From: Halalkalibacterium halodurans | GTDB lineage: Bacteria > Bacillota > Bacilli > Bacillales > Bacillaceae_D | Direction of reading: 5' to 3' | DNA length: 32,000 bases | Assembly: GCF_004376175.1 (NCBI RefSeq) | Contig: NZ_SNUY01000039.1 | Span: 7,092 to 39,091 of the forward strand | In this document: positions 27,045 through 32,000 of the stretch, piece by piece | Layout of the letters: the number at the start of each line of letters is the position of its first letter | How positions within the stretch are numbered: position 1 is the first letter of the stretch | Notes under the pieces: model-generated | Seen by the model: the letters and a program-made list of their open reading frames with translations, nothing else | What the model was told of the DNA's origin: nothing | Database searches by the model: none | Position numbers and translations under genes: made by a program

Positions 27045-27097
27045 ATTATAAACTTATCGATGCCGGTCTTAAATTCCTGCTTGATTGTGAGGAATTT
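27045..27097 (-). promoter_or_regulatory. candidate promoter region with an 8-bp inverted repeat upstream of the Fe-ADH gene
   Basis: Minus strand TATAAT at 27045-27050 with a weak -35. A perfect inverted repeat AAATTCCT-N11-AGGAATTT at 27071-27097 overlaps the -35 position. Confidence 0.35.
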
Positions 27098-27165
27098 AGA
27101 TGGTGATATTTTCCTATAAAAAATACCTCTAACAGCAAGAGTCCATTGAGACATTCCTCTTCCTC

Positions 27166-27326
27166 CGTCGTCTCTCTTGTCGTTTACGAAGAGAATGGGA
27201 TCGTCTCGCAGGGGGCATGATGCTTTTCTTTGTCGCCTTTTTCATGGTGTGACCCTCGGCTTTCCTTCGATGACTCTGCTCCTTCGGACCAACGCTCTTC
27301 AGCGCCTTTTCTACTTCAGATGACCG
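27166..27326 (-). repeat. rrn-trailer repeat module Y' (paralog of 27546-27716)
   Basis: By eye, mostly identical to module Y, with several substitutions and small indels. Purine-rich on the minus strand. Confidence 0.8.
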
Positions 27327-27432
27327 GCGAGCTTTTTTGTCAGCTACGCTCGTTCCCTCCTGTCACGTATGTTGATATACGCTCAGTCCGTCTCTCCCTT
27401 GCTTCCGCAAATCTCTTGGTCCTCCTTGTAGA
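27308..27432 (-). repeat. repeat module X' (paralog of the 23S-5S spacer segment 27871-27995)
   Basis: Near-identical to module X by eye, with scattered substitutions. Contiguous with Y' and has no 5S gene between them. Confidence 0.85.
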
Positions 27433-27454
27433 AACAATTTTACTTTTTGACACC

Positions 27455-27487
27455 TAAAAAAGCACAACCCGATTGGATTGTGCTTTA
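27455..27487 (-). terminator. duplicate copy (T2) of the 5S terminator
   Basis: Same hairpin as T1: AAAGCACAA-TCCAATCGGG-TTGTGCTTT plus TTTTTT on the minus strand. Confidence 0.8.
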
Positions 27488-27489
27488 TC

Positions 27490-27504
27490 GCTTGGCAGCG
27501 TCCT
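27490..27504 (-). pseudogene. 15-nt remnant of the 5S rRNA 3' end
   Basis: GCTTGGCAGCGTCCT is identical to 27753-27767 and is followed by unrelated sequence. Confidence 0.75.
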
Positions 27505-27545
27505 TGGGCTCCCCCTTTCTCTCCTACGGGGGTCTTTTACCACGC

Positions 27546-27716
27546 CGTTTCCCTCTGTCGTTTCTCACGATGTTTACGCAGAGAATGGGGTCGTCTCACA
27601 GGGGGGACATGACGCTTTTCTTTGTCGTCTTTTCATGTTGTATCCCTCGGCTTTTCAGTGATGACTCTGCTCCTTCGGATCAACGCTCTTCAGCGCCTTT
27701 TCTACTTCAGATGACA
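27546..27716 (-). repeat. rrn-trailer repeat module Y
   Basis: Paralog of 27166-27326, lying directly downstream of terminator T1. Confidence 0.8.
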
Positions 27717-27717
27717 C

Positions 27718-27750
27718 TAAAAAAGCACAACCCGATTGGATTGTGCTTTA
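27718..27750 (-). terminator. rho-independent terminator (T1) of the rrn operon
   Basis: Begins 3 nt after the 5S 3' end. 9-bp stem AAAGCACAA/TTGTGCTTT followed by a T6 run. Confidence 0.85.
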
Positions 27751-27752
27751 TC

Positions 27753-27868
27753 GCTTGGCAGCGTCCTACTCTCGCAGGGGGAAGCCCCCAACTACCATCG
27801 GCGCTGAAGAGCTTAACGACCGTGTTCGGCATGGGAACGGGTGTGGCCTCTTCGCTATCGCCACCAAA
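27753..27868 (-). rRNA. rrf: 5S rRNA (rrn operon copy)
   Basis: 116 nt, TTTGGTGGCGATAGCGAAGAGG...GACGCTGCCAAGC. Strong resemblance to Bacillus 5S. Confidence 0.95.
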
Positions 27869-27870
27869 CC

Positions 27871-27995
27871 TTTCTACGTCAGATGATCGGCGAGCTTTTT
27901 TGTCAGCTACGCTTGTTCCTTCCTGTCACGTATGTTGATATACGCTCAGTTCGTCACTCGCTTGCTTCCGCAAATCTCTTGATCCTCTTTGTAGA
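27871..27995 (-). repeat. repeat module X within the 23S-5S spacer
   Basis: Paralog of 27308-27432. A shorter related core also occurs in the 16S-23S spacer near 31173-31230. Confidence 0.8.
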
Positions 27996-28128
27996 TCATT
28001 TTCGGCTTCCGATCAACGTCGCACATGGTGCGATGTTGTATCGAAGCTTCTTTGGAGAACAAGATTCTCTCAAAACTAGATAATGGGACGCGTTCTCGAG
28101 TTCGAGACGTTGCTTTTGATTTGTTTTT

Positions 28129-32000
<3,872 letters not shown>

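Noticed and set aside
27166-27716. Small basic ORFs inside the Y' and Y modules, such as MKKATKKSIMPPARRSHSLRKRQERRRRKRNVSMDSCC (Y') and MKRRQRKASCPPCETTPFSA (Y), each preceded by a GAGGG RBS-like sequence.
   Set aside because: A 1-nt indel just after the ATG puts the two paralogs in different frames with unrelated products. The conservation is therefore at the nucleotide level, not the protein level.
27166-27996. Possible CRISPR array or mobile element, suggested by the repeated units.
   Set aside because: The repeats are 125-170 nt, imperfect and not interspaced with unique spacers of uniform length. There are no cas, transposase or integrase genes and no terminal inverted repeats.

Overview
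Chromosomal segment from a Bacillaceae genome (about 45% GC), syntenic with the B. subtilis ydi locus. The minus strand carries thiL-tsaE-tsaB-rimI-tsaD and rex-tatA-tatC; an ABC-F ATPase and a YdiK/YdiL-like pair lie on the plus strand. Extra genes sit inside this backbone: a copZ-copA-csoR copper module with two CsoR-type operators, glycerate kinase, a 14-TMS MFS exporter, and a 718-aa membrane protein with a large ectodomain. The tsaD-proximal intergenic region holds a dense DnaA-box cluster. Beyond thiL lies an orphan 5S rRNA plus initiator tRNA mini-operon with its own extended -10 promoter. It is followed by a 52-aa membrane ORF, a trans-sulfuration PLP enzyme and an MgtC-family protein. 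The most system-like region is 19.9-27.0 kb, all on the minus strand: Fe-ADH, a cytoplasmic GAF-PAS histidine kinase, an NtrC-type sigma-54 activator, a terminator, then a near-consensus -24/-12 promoter driving Zn-ADH and aldehyde dehydrogenase. Two upstream genes carry lesions: an in-frame TAA in the Fe-ADH and an A10-tract frameshift in the kinase. The window ends in an rrn operon (partial 16S, 23S, 5S; minus strand) with unusually long tRNA-less spacers. Downstream of its 5S is a roughly 700-bp block of duplicated spacer modules, a duplicated terminator and a 5S 3' remnant. No CRISPR array, transposase or prophage genes were seen.
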